Shown here piece after piece: positions 13,217 to 26,226 of a stretch of DNA of 64,000 nt. Under the pieces are notes generated by a model. That model was given only the letters and a program-made list of their open reading frames with translations. It did not search any database and had not been told where the DNA came from. Each line of letters begins with the position of its first letter. The stretch's first letter is position 1. The position numbers and the translations under genes are program-made. The DNA is from Malacoraja senta (Eukaryota), in assembly GCA_038087875.1 (NCBI GenBank), contig CM075988.1, forward strand, positions 11,038,001 to 11,102,000, written 5' to 3'.

Positions 13217-14164
13217 CCCCAACACCACGGATGAACATAGAAATTGCTCTGTGTAGTCCTGGTGGTGCCGATGCAAAGATACTATTGATCACTGTTATGG
13301 CGTTAGATTCTCCAGTAGATTGTCTTGAATTTAACTGAGCTGTATATCAAAGGATAAGGGTATTTTGCAAGTAAAGTATGCCCAGTGCTTGTTATTTGCC
13401 AGGATTTTTAATAGTGATTGGAGGATATTAACTTGAGTTCCGCCCTGCTCTCCTCCTGTTTTCAGTGACAGGTTTACACTCGTATAGAAGTTGTATTGTA
13501 GTACCACATTCTTAACTCTTATAAGCATAAATCCTGATGGGTCATAGTTCTTGACTTTCGCTGCCAGTAGGAGATGATGTCAAGGTGCATTTATGTCAGC
13601 AGCTTACATTCTAGTTATTATTTCAAACTGAAATATGTAGTTGACTAAGTCTTTGATACTTAAAAACTTTGTATACTATTGACTAGATTTATGGTTGAAG
13701 TGACACATGTCTCGAGGCTAATGGCTGTAGAATGGCAAGAAAATTAAAACTTAATGATAACCCTCAATGCGTTGGATATTATTATTCTTTAAAAATAGTA
13801 GCTGAGGAATTATTGCAAAATTTAAAGCGTATGTCAAAATGCCTCTGTAACATGCCGCGGAGCTTTTTGTTTTCTGAATGCTGTGACGCACAATATGTGT
13901 TGAGCACAAAAGCTGCACAAATGTGCATAATAATTGTTGGTTTATCACAAATTGTTTTGACTAGCCTTAACTGTAAACCATAATCTTCCAACGTGACTGG
14001 AGTATCACTAGTTCAGTGGGAACCATTGGTTCAAGTAGCAGGGCTGCCTTCAAACAAATTTGTCTTTCAAGTGGTAGGCATATGATGAGAGTGGCCATTT
14101 GATGGCAAGTACCTGGGGCAAGGATCTTAGTTGCTGAGCGAACACATTCTCCTCCCCCCCAACT

Positions 14165-14290
14165 CTGATCATGAAAAGGATGTGGGCCAAAACGTGGACA
14201 AATAAGGCTAGTTAGATGGGATATTTTGGACGACATGAATTGGTAAGGCTGAAGGGGCTATTTCTATGCTGTATGACTCTATGCCTCTAT
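14165..14290 (+). mobile_element. CR1 3' UTR fragment
   Basis: GGATGTGGGCCAAAAC..GGCTGAAGGGGCTATTTCTATGCTGTATGACTCTATG. Confidence 0.65.
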
Positions 14291-15837
14291 AAATTGCCTT
14301 CAATAAAAATGATTGGACCTATCTGTTAAATTTCCAGGGTTGTGAAACAGGCTCACTTAGACAAGGACAACTAAGTGTGCACTGGAGTAGATCTTCATCT
14401 TTTATTATTGACCGACTGTTGTGCAGAAGATCCACTTTATTTCTTACGCTCATACAGGGCACTAACATCAGTCAGACATTGAATATCAATTGCCTTCCCA
14501 TCAGCCTCTGTACACAATTGCATTACATACATGGATCACCGTGACATATTGTGATATTATGAAATGCAAACAAAATGATCAAAAACAGATGTCCTGTGCC
14601 TGTTAACATTGTACAAAACCACCAAAAACTCGAACCCATTGTCTCTGAGGTGTTGCATAAAGATGTATCGTTTGTCAGAAATTTCTTAATGGGGAGGGGG
14701 GGTGGTGGGGGGGGTGAAGATTTATTTATGAAACCGTGTCCACATTCAGGATCAGTGACATTGGTGCATTTGTCTATAGGGTTTAGAGACCATGCAATCA
14801 AGCTGGAGAAGGCCGACCGTGTAAATTAACCTTGTTTTGTTTCCACTCCGCAATGTTGTCGGAATTCATGGTTTGATGACTGGACGATTCTGTTTTTATT
14901 TTATTAAGCTCCATCACTCTCAACTTGCACTGCGGTGCTGGACTCAGCAAATCCTCTTAATAGCACTGGAATTCATATAAATACTTTGAGTTAGTTAATC
15001 CGCGTTTAGACTGGATGTAACAAAAAAACAAAATCATAATCTGATGGTAGAGTTTCCCCCTTGGACACCGTGTAAAGTGACCAGGATTGCTAAGAACTGG
15101 TTTTTTTTTCCAATTCCTCCTCTTCTGCTCTGTCTCTGCCCAGAGGACTCACTAGTTTGCAAATGGTTAAATGCTAAAATCTACAAAGAATCAATGAAAT
15201 GAACAGGTTTTTAAACATAATTATGTGGGAAAAAATTGTGAATTATAAATTGGTGCTCTTCAATTAATACAGATGTAGATAGGATTGTCATAAAAAATTA
15301 TTTTAAATCGCTGTATTAATTCACGACCTGTATAAACCTTTCATGCATCAGTGATTCACGTTAATATTAGCTGCATTGATATCTCACACTTTTTCAATGA
15401 GTCGACTGGCATTTTTAAAAAGGAGAAAGAAAGATATGGGGGAAGTAATTTGACAAAAATATTTTAAATGTGTTATCTAAAGTCATCAAGTATATCATAC
15501 AATTTTGGCAAAAATAGTGGTTAGAAATATGGGACTATTTGCTATTTTGAACATGGAAAATTCTATAATAATTCACAAAGAAAGCCTTCACAGTATTTCA
15601 AAGTGTGTCTCACGATTATTTTTTACAGAAATGACCTTACTTCATTTTCAGTCTTTTTTGTAGAACAGCAAAAGGTCACAAACTCTGGCAAGTCCAATAA
15701 TGATTGATTTATTGTGTGGCAATGGTGATTAATTATTCTGCATCGTGGCCAGGGCCAGCTACTATCTTGACGTCTCAGGGAATTGCAGAAAACAACATGC
15801 ACGCTAGTGGTGCTGTGTGCAATTTACATCTATAATT

Positions 15838-15853
15838 CTGCCATCTAGTGTCT
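15838..15853 (-). promoter_or_regulatory. Candidate CTCF site
   Basis: Minus strand GACACTAGATGGCAG resembles the CCASYAGRKGGCR core; motif only. Confidence 0.3.
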
Positions 15854-16588
15854 TGGTTTCAAAATATTAGATCAGCTGGGGCAAGAAATACAATGAAATT
15901 CACCAGAACCTCCAAATATCATTACCCCTTTGTTCTCTTTCAGTCATTTATCAGAAACCAATGCTGCATGATATGTATTGTAATTTCTTACCTTTAAACT
16001 TTGCTGCCAGTGCTTTCAAGGGGAGTTGATACCAAGCAGTATTGAGGAAGGATTTTCATTTGAACTTGGACATTGAACTATTGTGTGTGACATTTTGGTA
16101 ATATGGTAGTTAACTTTGGTATGCAAGCTTTAAAAAATTTTAGTAAGACCACTTTTTCGTTGCTTTACTTTATAAAAATGTAGGGTCGATTCATGATTCA
16201 TTTAATAATTTGTGTGATATCGATTCAGCAGTCTTAATACTTGAATCATCTGAACGACTTGATACTTGAGAACTTAATTTTGTATTGTTTGAAGAACGGA
16301 ATATTCTACTGCAAAACCCAAATCAATAACACCCTCTCACGGGGAGGTGACTTATTGATGAGAGGTGTGGACAAGTGTTCAGTCTCTAAGTCACCTCCTA
16401 AACATTCAAACTTTTGGATGATGAATCACTCTGTTGGACAAGAACCTGGCAGGTTTGGGTGGACTGAAATTCCCATGTTTTCCTGTAAGATGTGAGGCAA
16501 AAAGAAAGCTAAATTGTGGTGCAGCAGTTAGTGCTGTTGCCTCATAGCTTCAGAGATCAAGGTTCAAGCCTGAGCATGGGTTGATATG

Positions 16589-16827
16589 GGCAACTGAACA
16601 TCCTACCACCAATTAGGCAGCGGTCTTGCACTACTATCTACCTCATTGAAGACCCTCGGACTAGCTTTAATCTGACTTTACTGGACTTTATATTGCACTA
16701 AACGTTATTCTCTTTATCATGTATCCGTACACTGTGGACAGCTCGATTGTGATGACTGGTTATCATGCAACAAAAAGCTTTTCAATGTACCTTGGTGCAT
16801 GTGACAATAAACTTAACTATAACTATA
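16589..16827 (+). mobile_element. Rex1/Babar-type LINE 3' UTR fragment
   Basis: Same sequence as 50170-50508, which follows the RFRNSFFPSAIR ORF end; ends GTGACAATAAAC plus a short repeat tail. Confidence 0.7.
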
Positions 16828-17948
16828 AATATGTTTCTAAATAAAGATAATGATGGTGTTTAATTCTCTATGTGGTCTATTTATGCATTGGTTTTATTTG
16901 GGTAAGAAATTGCAGTTCTTTCAGAAACCGATAAATTCTTTAAAATGTTCATTAAAAATGAATGGTAAATTTCTGAAAGGATTTATTACATATTGTTATT
17001 GACCAACTGACTACTGTTAACCTCATTGTATTGACCTTCTCAAAAGTTTAAAGCCTTATTATGCAAATAGATTGTAATTTTGTGTGGAACAATTATTTCT
17101 TTAAAAATTCAACAGAAAAAATAGATTATTGTCTACCTGGAAATGATTGAAAAGCTGAAATGAATCTGTGTTAAGGCAGCACCTTAAACTGTGACACCAA
17201 AGCTTAGGTAATCTCTGTATCTTCTTTGAATTTGAACATTAGATAGTTGTCTTAAATGCTGGTAACTTTTGTATCTTTTTTTTAATGGAGTGATTTGATT
17301 TGATTCTACCAAATAGAAAGCTATAGTTGGGGATATGATGGTGGAGTACTTCAAATTATGTTTTCAATTATTGTTAATATATCACTAATTTATTGGCAAC
17401 TGGGCTAAATATATGCAATGCAAGAACATCCTCGGTTATGCATGCAAATGCATCAACATTCTCCGAGGAGGAAGTAACTCGCTAGGGGTTGTAATGACCT
17501 TATGCAGCTTGAGCAAGAAAACTCAAGTGATTCATCAATGTCATCTCAGTGCCCCAGGTGAATTATTGACTTGGAACTATGTACACATTTGCTGTTTTTA
17601 CTGATCCATTGCTGCATGATCTGGTCTTTCTCCTTCCTTTCCTCCATTCTGCAGAGGAATAAGATGATTGATGGTACACTGCCGACTCATCTGAGCAAAT
17701 CATATAATCAGAAGTGAAGTTACATTAGATTTCTTTTCATTTATGTTGGAGCAAGGGCACATCAAAACTTATATATAATGTTGATATGCAATAGAACCCT
17801 GCAACATGCATATTTGGAACAAAGCTGTTCAGAAATGAATCATCCACATCACATTCGACAAATCTTATTATCATTCCCAAAAGAGCTCCAAACTTTCCTA
17901 GTTAGATTTTTATTTTTTGTTGTGTGGTGAACATTCACATTTTCTCAA

Positions 17949-18646
17949 ATAGACATCCCTAAAGCTGGAGTAACTCAGTGGGTCAGACAACATCTCTGGA
18001 GAAAAGGAATAGGTGATGTTTTGGTTCAAAGGACAAAGGACATTTATTGCCACATACACCAATTGGTGAAGTGAAATTTGAGTTGCCATTTGCAGCACAC
18101 CAATAAAATAAACACAACGTTAAAGAAGTATTTAACATTAAACATAAAAACATCCCCCCACGATGGTTCCCACTGTGAGGGAAGGCAGCAAAGTCCAGTC
18201 TTCTTCCTCTTGTTCACCCGTGGTCGGGGCCTATTTGAGGCCTCTGCAGTCGCCGCCACGACGGCCCGATATTTTAGGCCCTCTCGCCAGATGATGGAGC
18301 TCCGGTGTCGGAAGAACACTCTTCAGCGGCTTGGAGTGTCTGGAACGGCCGCTTACTACTGGAGACCGTGGCTCCCGAAGTCCACAGGCCGCGCTGGTCG
18401 GAGCTCCAACACTGGCGATCTCGGCGAAAGATCCAAAGCTCCGCGGTGTCTTACTTCTGACTGAGAGTCAGGGGAAAGGGAAATGAGGAAGATCATAGAG
18501 ATAGATTTCCCTAACTCTGTCTGAAGAAGTCTCCAACCGGAACATCACGTATTCCTTTCCTCCAGAGATGCTGTCTGACCTGCTGAGTTACTCCAGCTGT
18601 TTGTGTCTATCTTTGGTTTAAACCAGCATCTGCAGTTCCTTCCTGC
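17949..18646. mobile_element. Palindromic Penelope-derived insertion containing a nested retroposon (18026-18450)
   Basis: Inverted arms ~17949-18025 and ~18540-18610; 18 bp TSD with 2 mismatches at 17931-17948 / 18647-18664. Confidence 0.8.
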
Positions 18647-20914
18647 ACATTCAGATTTCCTCAACTTGAGCATCATTTAGAGACCACATCGACACATGCT
18701 GTTCATGAGTGAATTTACCCATTCATGAATACCTCAGTGCTGATTATCCTTTCATCAGTATTATGTCTATTGTTTACTTCAAATTGAAACAAGGCCAAGG
18801 GAACATAATCTCCTCTCTGCTTGCTTAAGATTAGTTTGCTTCTAATAGCATTTAATATTACTGATTAAATTTACAACTGTGAGTTTTTCTCCAGTAGATC
18901 CAATAGTTATTTATGCATTAAAATAATGTTATTCATTTAACGGTGAGGAAAAAATATATATTTGCATCTCCTGGATGATTTAGTGTTTTTTAAATTGAAT
19001 TGTCAAATAATTTGGTCCAATATAAGTTTAGTTCAATTTAATTTATAATGACATAATGTGACCAAGACAGTGAGGCAATGTGCTGAAATCTTTGCGAGAA
19101 CAAATGTCTCATTATTATTAAAAAAAAACAATTCATAAAATATTTATTGGCTCTCTGTGCTGATGCAATCCTCCCGTTTCTGGGAGTCTCTTGAAGATGA
19201 AATATGTTTTTGAGGATGCTGTGTTTGACGCATGATGGCATATGGTCTCATGAATACTGCCTGATGTGAAGTAGGACCATATGATTCAACCATTGTTTTT
19301 GCCAGGTGGTAGTGGAGATGAGTACGTGAACAACAAATTAACATGGGTAGTGGAGCTTCACCAGTGTACTTGATACCACACTTGACAGCACAGAACATAA
19401 CAGGATGAGCGAGTCAATAAGCCCTTTTTAATGTCTGAAATGTTGCAAGAAATATGTTGCGATCACCAAGGAACCAAAAATGGTTTATCTTTTAACAAGG
19501 TGATAGCAAAATTAATCTTTTGTTTTTGGTATTTAGGGAGTCTTCATTTCAACTAATAAATCCAAATCTGCATTGATTTTGAATTAAGTTTCCGAATTTA
19601 TTTTGCATCTGAACTGGCTGCTGGAAATCTACCTCTGATGTTAAATTCTTTGGGAGAAAATGTGTTCAGGGCACACATAACAGCTTTTATTAAAAAATTA
19701 TAATTCAAAATTGGCCACTATTTTGTATTGTGAATTGATGCACTAAACAATCCTCCTTGGAGGCACGCTATATATTAGATATGGGAAGTTTGAGGTATTG
19801 TTCAAATGCTTATCTCCAGGTATGTTTTTTTTGTGTCAGAATAGGGGATGCTTTTACCTTTTTTTCTGTGACTGCTCTGGCAGAACTGGATGTGGGTGAC
19901 AGTTTTGTGGTCTTCCATTTTAAAGCAGAGGATATTCTATTTCTTGATTACAAAATTATTACTGAAGGAATTCTGCTCCCTTATATAACAAGTTATCTTT
20001 CCACTGGGAAATGTGCTTGGTTGCTGTAGCTTCCTAATTAAATCTGTGGTCTGATGCCAAACATTTGGTACTACATCTAACGATATTCAGAATATCAACC
20101 ACAAATGATATCCTATTCAGCACAATGCTCTCTGTAAGCATGGAGGATATTTCTATAGATTCAATGCAGTATTTATATTTTGAAGAATACTTCAGCTATT
20201 CACGTTTAGATCTGCTTCATTATCTGATTCCATTTAAGTGCGTGAATTCTAAATCAATGTAGTATTTTCCAATTTAATTGCTAAATGCAGGAAGAGTGGT
20301 TTTGGTTTGAAATCTGCTGATGTGAAAACGTGGTTCAACCAAGCGCTGCATTAATTGTTTACAGATTATTTATTAGTCTTGCTGCCCATGTACAAATGCT
20401 GCCTGCATCGAGCGGTCAGGAAGGAAGTTTAACTTTAACCTCCAATGACAAGTGAGGACAATGTTGCTTGGTGAGGAGCTCCAACTGAATTACTGCATTG
20501 AACTCAAAATTGTTTTCACTCTAATCTTGGATGTTGTCAGCTTCCTGTGGATCTCTTCCAGAAGGTCAGAGAAAACAAAGAAAAAGATGTGCTCTGTGAG
20601 TCAGATGTATTGTGAAGGAATTGCTGGAGCCAGTTGGAACCACATAGCTTGCTAAATTAAGAAGACACCAGCCCATTGAAAACATTTCCCAGACAACGAG
20701 AGGCAACAAAATAACTTTTATTTCCTGATCGTGAAAGGAAGCTTTAACTCAGTAATTGGTGCCTGACGACACATAGCTTTGATGCCATCTTGAGGAGCTG
20801 TCAGCATTTCCAGAAGACTGGGGCAGCCAAGTGTGGGATGTTATCCTGGCACCAGTAGTTATTCACTTTGCCAACCCTCTTTCACTCTAAAAGCTTTCAT
20901 TTCTCATCTCCCTC

Positions 20915-21146
20915 CAATCAACAACTAGAGAGCGGTCCTGAGCTACTATCTACCTCATTGGAGACCCTCAGACTATCTTTAATCGGACTTTACTGGACTT
21001 TATCTTGTGCTAAATGTTATTCACTTTATCATGTATCAGTACCCTGTGGACAGCTCGATTGTAATTTTGTATAGTCTTTTCGCTGACTGGCTAGTATGCA
21101 ACAAAAAAGATTTTCACTCTATCTTGGTGCACGTGACACTAAACCA
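20915..21146 (+). mobile_element. Rex1/Babar-type LINE 3' UTR fragment
   Basis: Homologous to the 16589 and 50170 copies. Confidence 0.7.
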
Positions 21147-21524
21147 AACATCACCCCATCCCCACCAAGAAATTGTTGAAATAATATCACCAGTCAACAC
21201 AGGGTGCACAAGATACTTGCTTTTTCCTCTTGTTTGATTGATGTTTTTCATTTTTATTTATGAATTTGTCTTTCAGCTCCTTCACAAAGAATTTCAGAAT
21301 TGAGAGGGTACAGTAATCAATGGTGGTAATATTGGTTTGTTATTCCAAATGTTTGTAGTAATGATCTAGAGTCATTAACCTAGGAAACAGTTGTGGAATT
21401 TAAAGGGAGACGGAAAGCATTAACTCAACATCTCAGGAGAACATGGATTGGTGAGTTTTGGGGCTGCGCCCTTCAGACTGATTGTAGCGGGGGGAGAAAG
21501 CTGGAAGAGAAGAGGGGCAGCACA

Positions 21525-22100
21525 AAGAGAGACAAAAAAAGTTGGAGTAACTCAACGGGACAGGCAGCAACTCTGGAGAGAAGGAATGGGTGATGTTTTG
21601 GATCGAGACCCCTCTTCAGACTATTTAACACTACAAATAAGCTCTAAACTACATGGACTTGGGGGCATTGATTTTGGCATGGACTTGGCAACACCAAACC
21701 TGGCAGGTAATGGGTTGATACAGGTTGGTGTGAGTTGGGGGGGGGGGGGTGTTAATGGGCTATGGTTGGGGAAAGGAGGCCAGAGATAAAGAGACAGGTG
21801 TGACACAAAAGGATTGAAGCATTGGGCATTGTGAAACTAGAGGAGGGAAGAAATAGCTATGAATCAGGTGGAGTACAGGGGTGGAAGGGAGGGAACAAAT
21901 AGGAGGTATATGGGAGAAAAAAGGAGTGGGGCAGGGTTATATAGTTATTTAAATTGGAGAATTCATTGTTCATAACGTTGGGTTAGGTACCAAAACAGAA
22001 TATAAAGTGGTATTCTTCCAATTTGCATGTGGCCTCACTCTGGCAATGGAGAAGGTCTGGGACAGAAAGGCCAGTACAGGAATGGTAAGAGGAGTTCAAT
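21525..22100 (-). mobile_element. Penelope-like element 3' fragment: GIY-YIG C-terminus, UTR and pLTR with hammerhead remnant
   Basis: Minus 22100-21945 reads NSSYHSCTGLSVPDLLHCQSEATCKLEEYHFIFCFGT*PNVMNNEFSN; downstream at 21622-21525 lies GTCTGAAGAGGGGTCTCGATCC-AAAACATC plus the family body. Confidence 0.8.
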
Positions 22101-22165
22101 TGTGGAATTTTATGGTAGTTTAGTTTATTACATGTATCCGAATGGAAAGACTACTCTATGTAATG

Positions 22166-22376
22166 TGGAGGAAGGATTTGCAAATGCTGGATTAAACCAA
22201 AGATAGACACCAAAAGCTGGAGTAACTCAGCAGAACAGGCAGCATCTCTGGAGAGAAGGAATGGGTGACATTTTAGGTCGGAGTCTGAAGAAGGGTCTTG
22301 ACCCAAAACATCATCCATTCCTTCTCTGCATAGATGCTGCCTGTCCCACTGAGTTACTCCAGCTTATTGTGTCTAT
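22166..22376. mobile_element. Palindromic Penelope-derived mini-element
   Basis: ~80 bp inverted arms around GTCTGAAGAAGGGTCT; perfect 15 bp TSD CTACTCTATGTAATG at 22151-22165 / 22377-22391. Confidence 0.88.
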
Positions 22377-22699
22377 CTACTCTATGTAATGGTACACATG
22401 CATTATGGATTGTTCTATAAACACATCCAATTCTTTCATGTGCTTTTGAGATAGAAATTGGCCAATCTTGCCAAACTCTATAAAAGAAACACTGCAGATG
22501 AATGCAAATGTTCTGGGTCTATTGGAATGGGAAGAGACTGGTGAACCATTCCATCCTACTACAACCCACCATTAGATCATTTCCTTTACTCCATATTCAG
22601 GGGGATACTTGCCCAACAAGGACATCTGAAAATTTAGCACTGTAAACATAATGCTACCCTCATAATGTGTCCTGATCAAAGGTGTGGAGAAGATAAACA

Positions 22700-22938
22700 C
22701 AAGATGGTGGTTTACCCCAAAGATAGACACAAAATGCTGGAGGGCAAAACTCTGCGGGTCTGGCAGCAAAACTGGAGAAAATGTGTAGGTGACTTTTCAC
22801 ATCGGAACCCTTCTTCAGATTGCTAGCCTCGAACATGAAACATCACCAATTCTTTTTCTACAGAGATGCTGCCTGTCCTGTTGAGTTACTTCAGTTTTTT
22901 GTGTGTATAAACCAGCATCTGCAGTTCCTTCCTACACA
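22700..22938. mobile_element. Palindromic Penelope-derived mini-element (older)
   Basis: Diverged inverted arms; degenerate direct repeat GGTGT(G/A)GAGAAG on both sides. Confidence 0.7.
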
Positions 22939-24104
22939 AGGGTGTAGAGAAGTTCACATGTCCTTAATCAGAATTTCAATCCCTTTGAGGTGACAGACCT
23001 TTTGCGATTTTGCTTTACTTTCAAGCATTTCCACAATCATTTACTGAGCCATCTAGCCATCCAAGTTCCACTGACTTTCCATATTTCCGAGTCATGGATG
23101 AATTTCCCTTTCCCTGCTCCTAAGATGGATGTACTTGTGCCTGCCCACGAGGAACTCTCAATGTTTTTGACTAGTTTTAAATATTTGTCCCTTTTGGAAT
23201 ATTCCCTTGTTTGTCATGCCTGTTTTTTGTGAGATCATTAGATGGCTTCTACACAAATCGCTGCCTTCCCTCGTATAAGTCTGGAACTCATTTGGGGGGA
23301 AAGCCCAGAGATTCCATTGCATGCACTGTGGGGAAGACTGTCATATTCTGCCAATAACAGAGTGCTTAATTCCATCTCACTCTGACCTCTAAATCTCACC
23401 CTTGCCAACATATTTGATCCAAACGTTCTCAAATGTTCCCAAAACTCCACGCAAGCTAAATTTTCTATCTTTCATGGGAGCAATAGCCCTAATATTTCAA
23501 TTAGATTTCAATTAGGTTGCCGATCACAAATTCACTTTGTCAGCCTTCCTCCTGCCTAAGTCAATACCAGATCGAAGATTAAATATAAGATGCTGTATAG
23601 CTTTGCAATTTAAATTTTTCATGAGGTGAACGGAAAAACCATTTCAAAGTCAAAGGCAGAAAAAAAGCACAAAGTAATTTATTACTAAGATAGCTTGTGA
23701 ACATGCAGGCCATCAGTAATAATTCAAGCTTGTTTCCATGAATTAAAATGCTCCCTTGTGGAGTAGAGAAATATTAATAGAGCAAATCCTCAGCTCCAAT
23801 GCCAACACTTCTATTACTTGTCCATGTTCCTCTGAGGAAACCACACCAATGTAGAGTAAAGCTGGTGACGGTCTCTTCTTCACTTCTGTGTCTGCTGCTG
23901 GTTGGTCCTGCATTATTCAGGTGGAATTCCATATTTGTCGAGTGGCGCAGTGGGAATTTCAATGGGCTTCCCAGCCTCCTCACAAGAAATCTGACTGCAA
24001 AGCCTCTATCAGTTCAGTAGGTCTGGCAATGTCATTAACATAAATGGGAACAAATTACTTTCCGAACAACTCTAAGGAGACCTCTTTAATTTTGATTGAA
24101 AGAT

Positions 24105-24362
24105 GCAGCATGAAACCCGGTCTTTCAGTTTGCCGAGTCCATGCCAACCATAAATCACCCATTGTATGTTATTCCAATTTGCACCCACTCCCCACACAGT
24201 TGGGGCAATTTACAAAGGTCACTTAACTCACAAATCCTCATGTCTTTTGGATGTGGGCAAAAACTGAAGCACCCAGAGAGAAAATGTTCAAATTCCACAC
24301 AGGCAGCACCTGAGGTCAGGATGGAACCTGGATCACTGTGTTGCCCAAATGCCACTGTCGCC
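24105..24362 (-). mobile_element. V-SINE, diverged
   Basis: Degenerate match to the family across the tail, V domain and head. Confidence 0.65.
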
Positions 24363-24642
24363 ATTAATTCCATTGAATTCAGTTAGTTTTAATGTATTAA
24401 TTTTGTGAAACTGAACTGAACTGATTTTTCCAATTTAAACTTAAAATAATTAAATAAATATTTAATAGATCCCAATAGTTTCTGACTATTTGTGAAAGTC
24501 AAAGTCAATCACAAGCATTGTATTTCTGAGGCGAGCGAGTCCTCGCCCACAGCGGGCGGGTCCTCCGTCGTCAGTTCGCAGCGGCAGAATTGCTTCATTC
24601 ATCCACTGTTTCAGTTGAGTAAACCAACCTTGCCTATTGAAT

Positions 24643-24915
24643 TTTGTTTAGAGATGCAGTATGGAAGCAGGCCCTTCCTGCCCCCCGACCAATGGCCACC
24701 TGTGTGCTACACACTGGGGGCAATTTTTACACAGGCCAATTAACCTAGAAACCTGCACGGCTTTGGAATGTGGGAGGAAACCAGAGCACCCGGGGAAAAC
24801 CCACGGGGTTACTGGGAGAACCTGCAAACTCCGTAAAGACAGCACCCATAGTCTGGATCCAACCCGGGGCTCTGGTGCTGTGAGGCAGCACCTCTACCTC
24901 TGCGCCACTGTGACG
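24643..24915 (-). mobile_element. V-SINE (HE1-like)
   Basis: TTTAGAGATGCAGTATGGAAGCAGGCCC..GGGAGGAAACCAGAGCACCCGG..CTGCGCCACTGTG. Confidence 0.85.
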
Positions 24916-26038
24916 CTGTCATTCTTGCTTCATTCTTAAATTAAAATTACCTTTTACTGTTTTTCCAACAGCAAGTTTACATTTAATGAAAGGTTGTTCT
25001 ATTATCCGCTGTACCCAGTTCCTTATGAGAACACATCCATAATGCTCGGTGTATAGATTGACTGTCTTTCTGTGACATCACATCTGGAGTACTGTCATGC
25101 TGAGAACTCTAAGCCGACTAGAACATGTTTTAACTTAAATTCATAAAAGAAACGTACGAGCATCATTCATTTTCAGATGGAAGGCAAAAATGGTCACAAA
25201 TACTGCCTGGTTACCAATGGACCTAATAGGATTTGATGACTCAAATTGTTTCACCATGCAGAGAATAGTGATGACTTGAAATTAAGAAAGGAATGCCAAG
25301 GATTGGAATTGTGGTAAAACTGAGGGAATAAAACAAAGTAACTGCTTATTACTATTTTAGGAAAATCTGACATTCTTTGGCAAGAAATAGTTAAATACAT
25401 GAGTTGACACCATTAAAAGAGGATGTAATTAGCATCTAAGAGATATTAGGGGTTATGGATATTAATAGCACCGCTTGACTTTTTTGATGAGCCAAATGAC
25501 ATTTTCCGACTGCAGATTTAAATAAATTACAGAGTGCTGTGGTAGCTAGTTTCTATGAAAATGTCGAAGGCTTCATGTAACTGTGCACTGATGATCATGC
25601 TTTAGACAGCAGATTTAATTAGGCTATTCGGAAAGCAAAGATTGATTAAAGTATCACTTTATTCCGAAATTCCGAAAGAGCTATTTAGAAATTGTAATTC
25701 AACTCCTATTTATTTAAATATAAACAGAGTCTTATGTTGATGCATAAATGAGTCTTCATCTTGCACCTATGTAACTTTGCTGGTTCAAATTACCAGCACT
25801 CCTTGATGAATACAGTTGCAAGAATTAGTTGAATAGTTATTCATCAGACATGAGTGGAATTTACAATACCAACTATTTGTTTGAGTTATTTTAGCAGTTC
25901 TGCTCACTGCGTGCATCCTGATTGTTTATTTGACACAAGTTTGAAGAAATACACCTTTGGAAATCATTAAATACATTTCAGAAAGTTATACTTGATCTTT
26001 GGGTGTTTTTCTTTAACAGAGAAGTGCCAATGTCGATA

Positions 26039-26226
26039 GACACAAAAAGCTGGAGTAACTCAGCGGGTCAGATAGCATCTCTGGAAAAATTCTGGAGACC
26101 CGAAGAAGGGTCTTGACCCAAAACGGCACCTATTCCTTTTCTCCAGAGATGCTGTCTGACCTGCTGAGTTACTCCATCTTTTTGTGTCTATCTTCGGTTT
26201 AAAGCAGCATCTGCAGTTCCTTCCTA
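26039..26226. mobile_element. Palindromic Penelope-derived mini-element
   Basis: Inverted arms; CCGAAGAAGGGTCTTGACCCAAAACG core; 12 bp TSD CCAATGT(C/A)GATA at 26027-26038 / 26227-26238. Confidence 0.82.
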
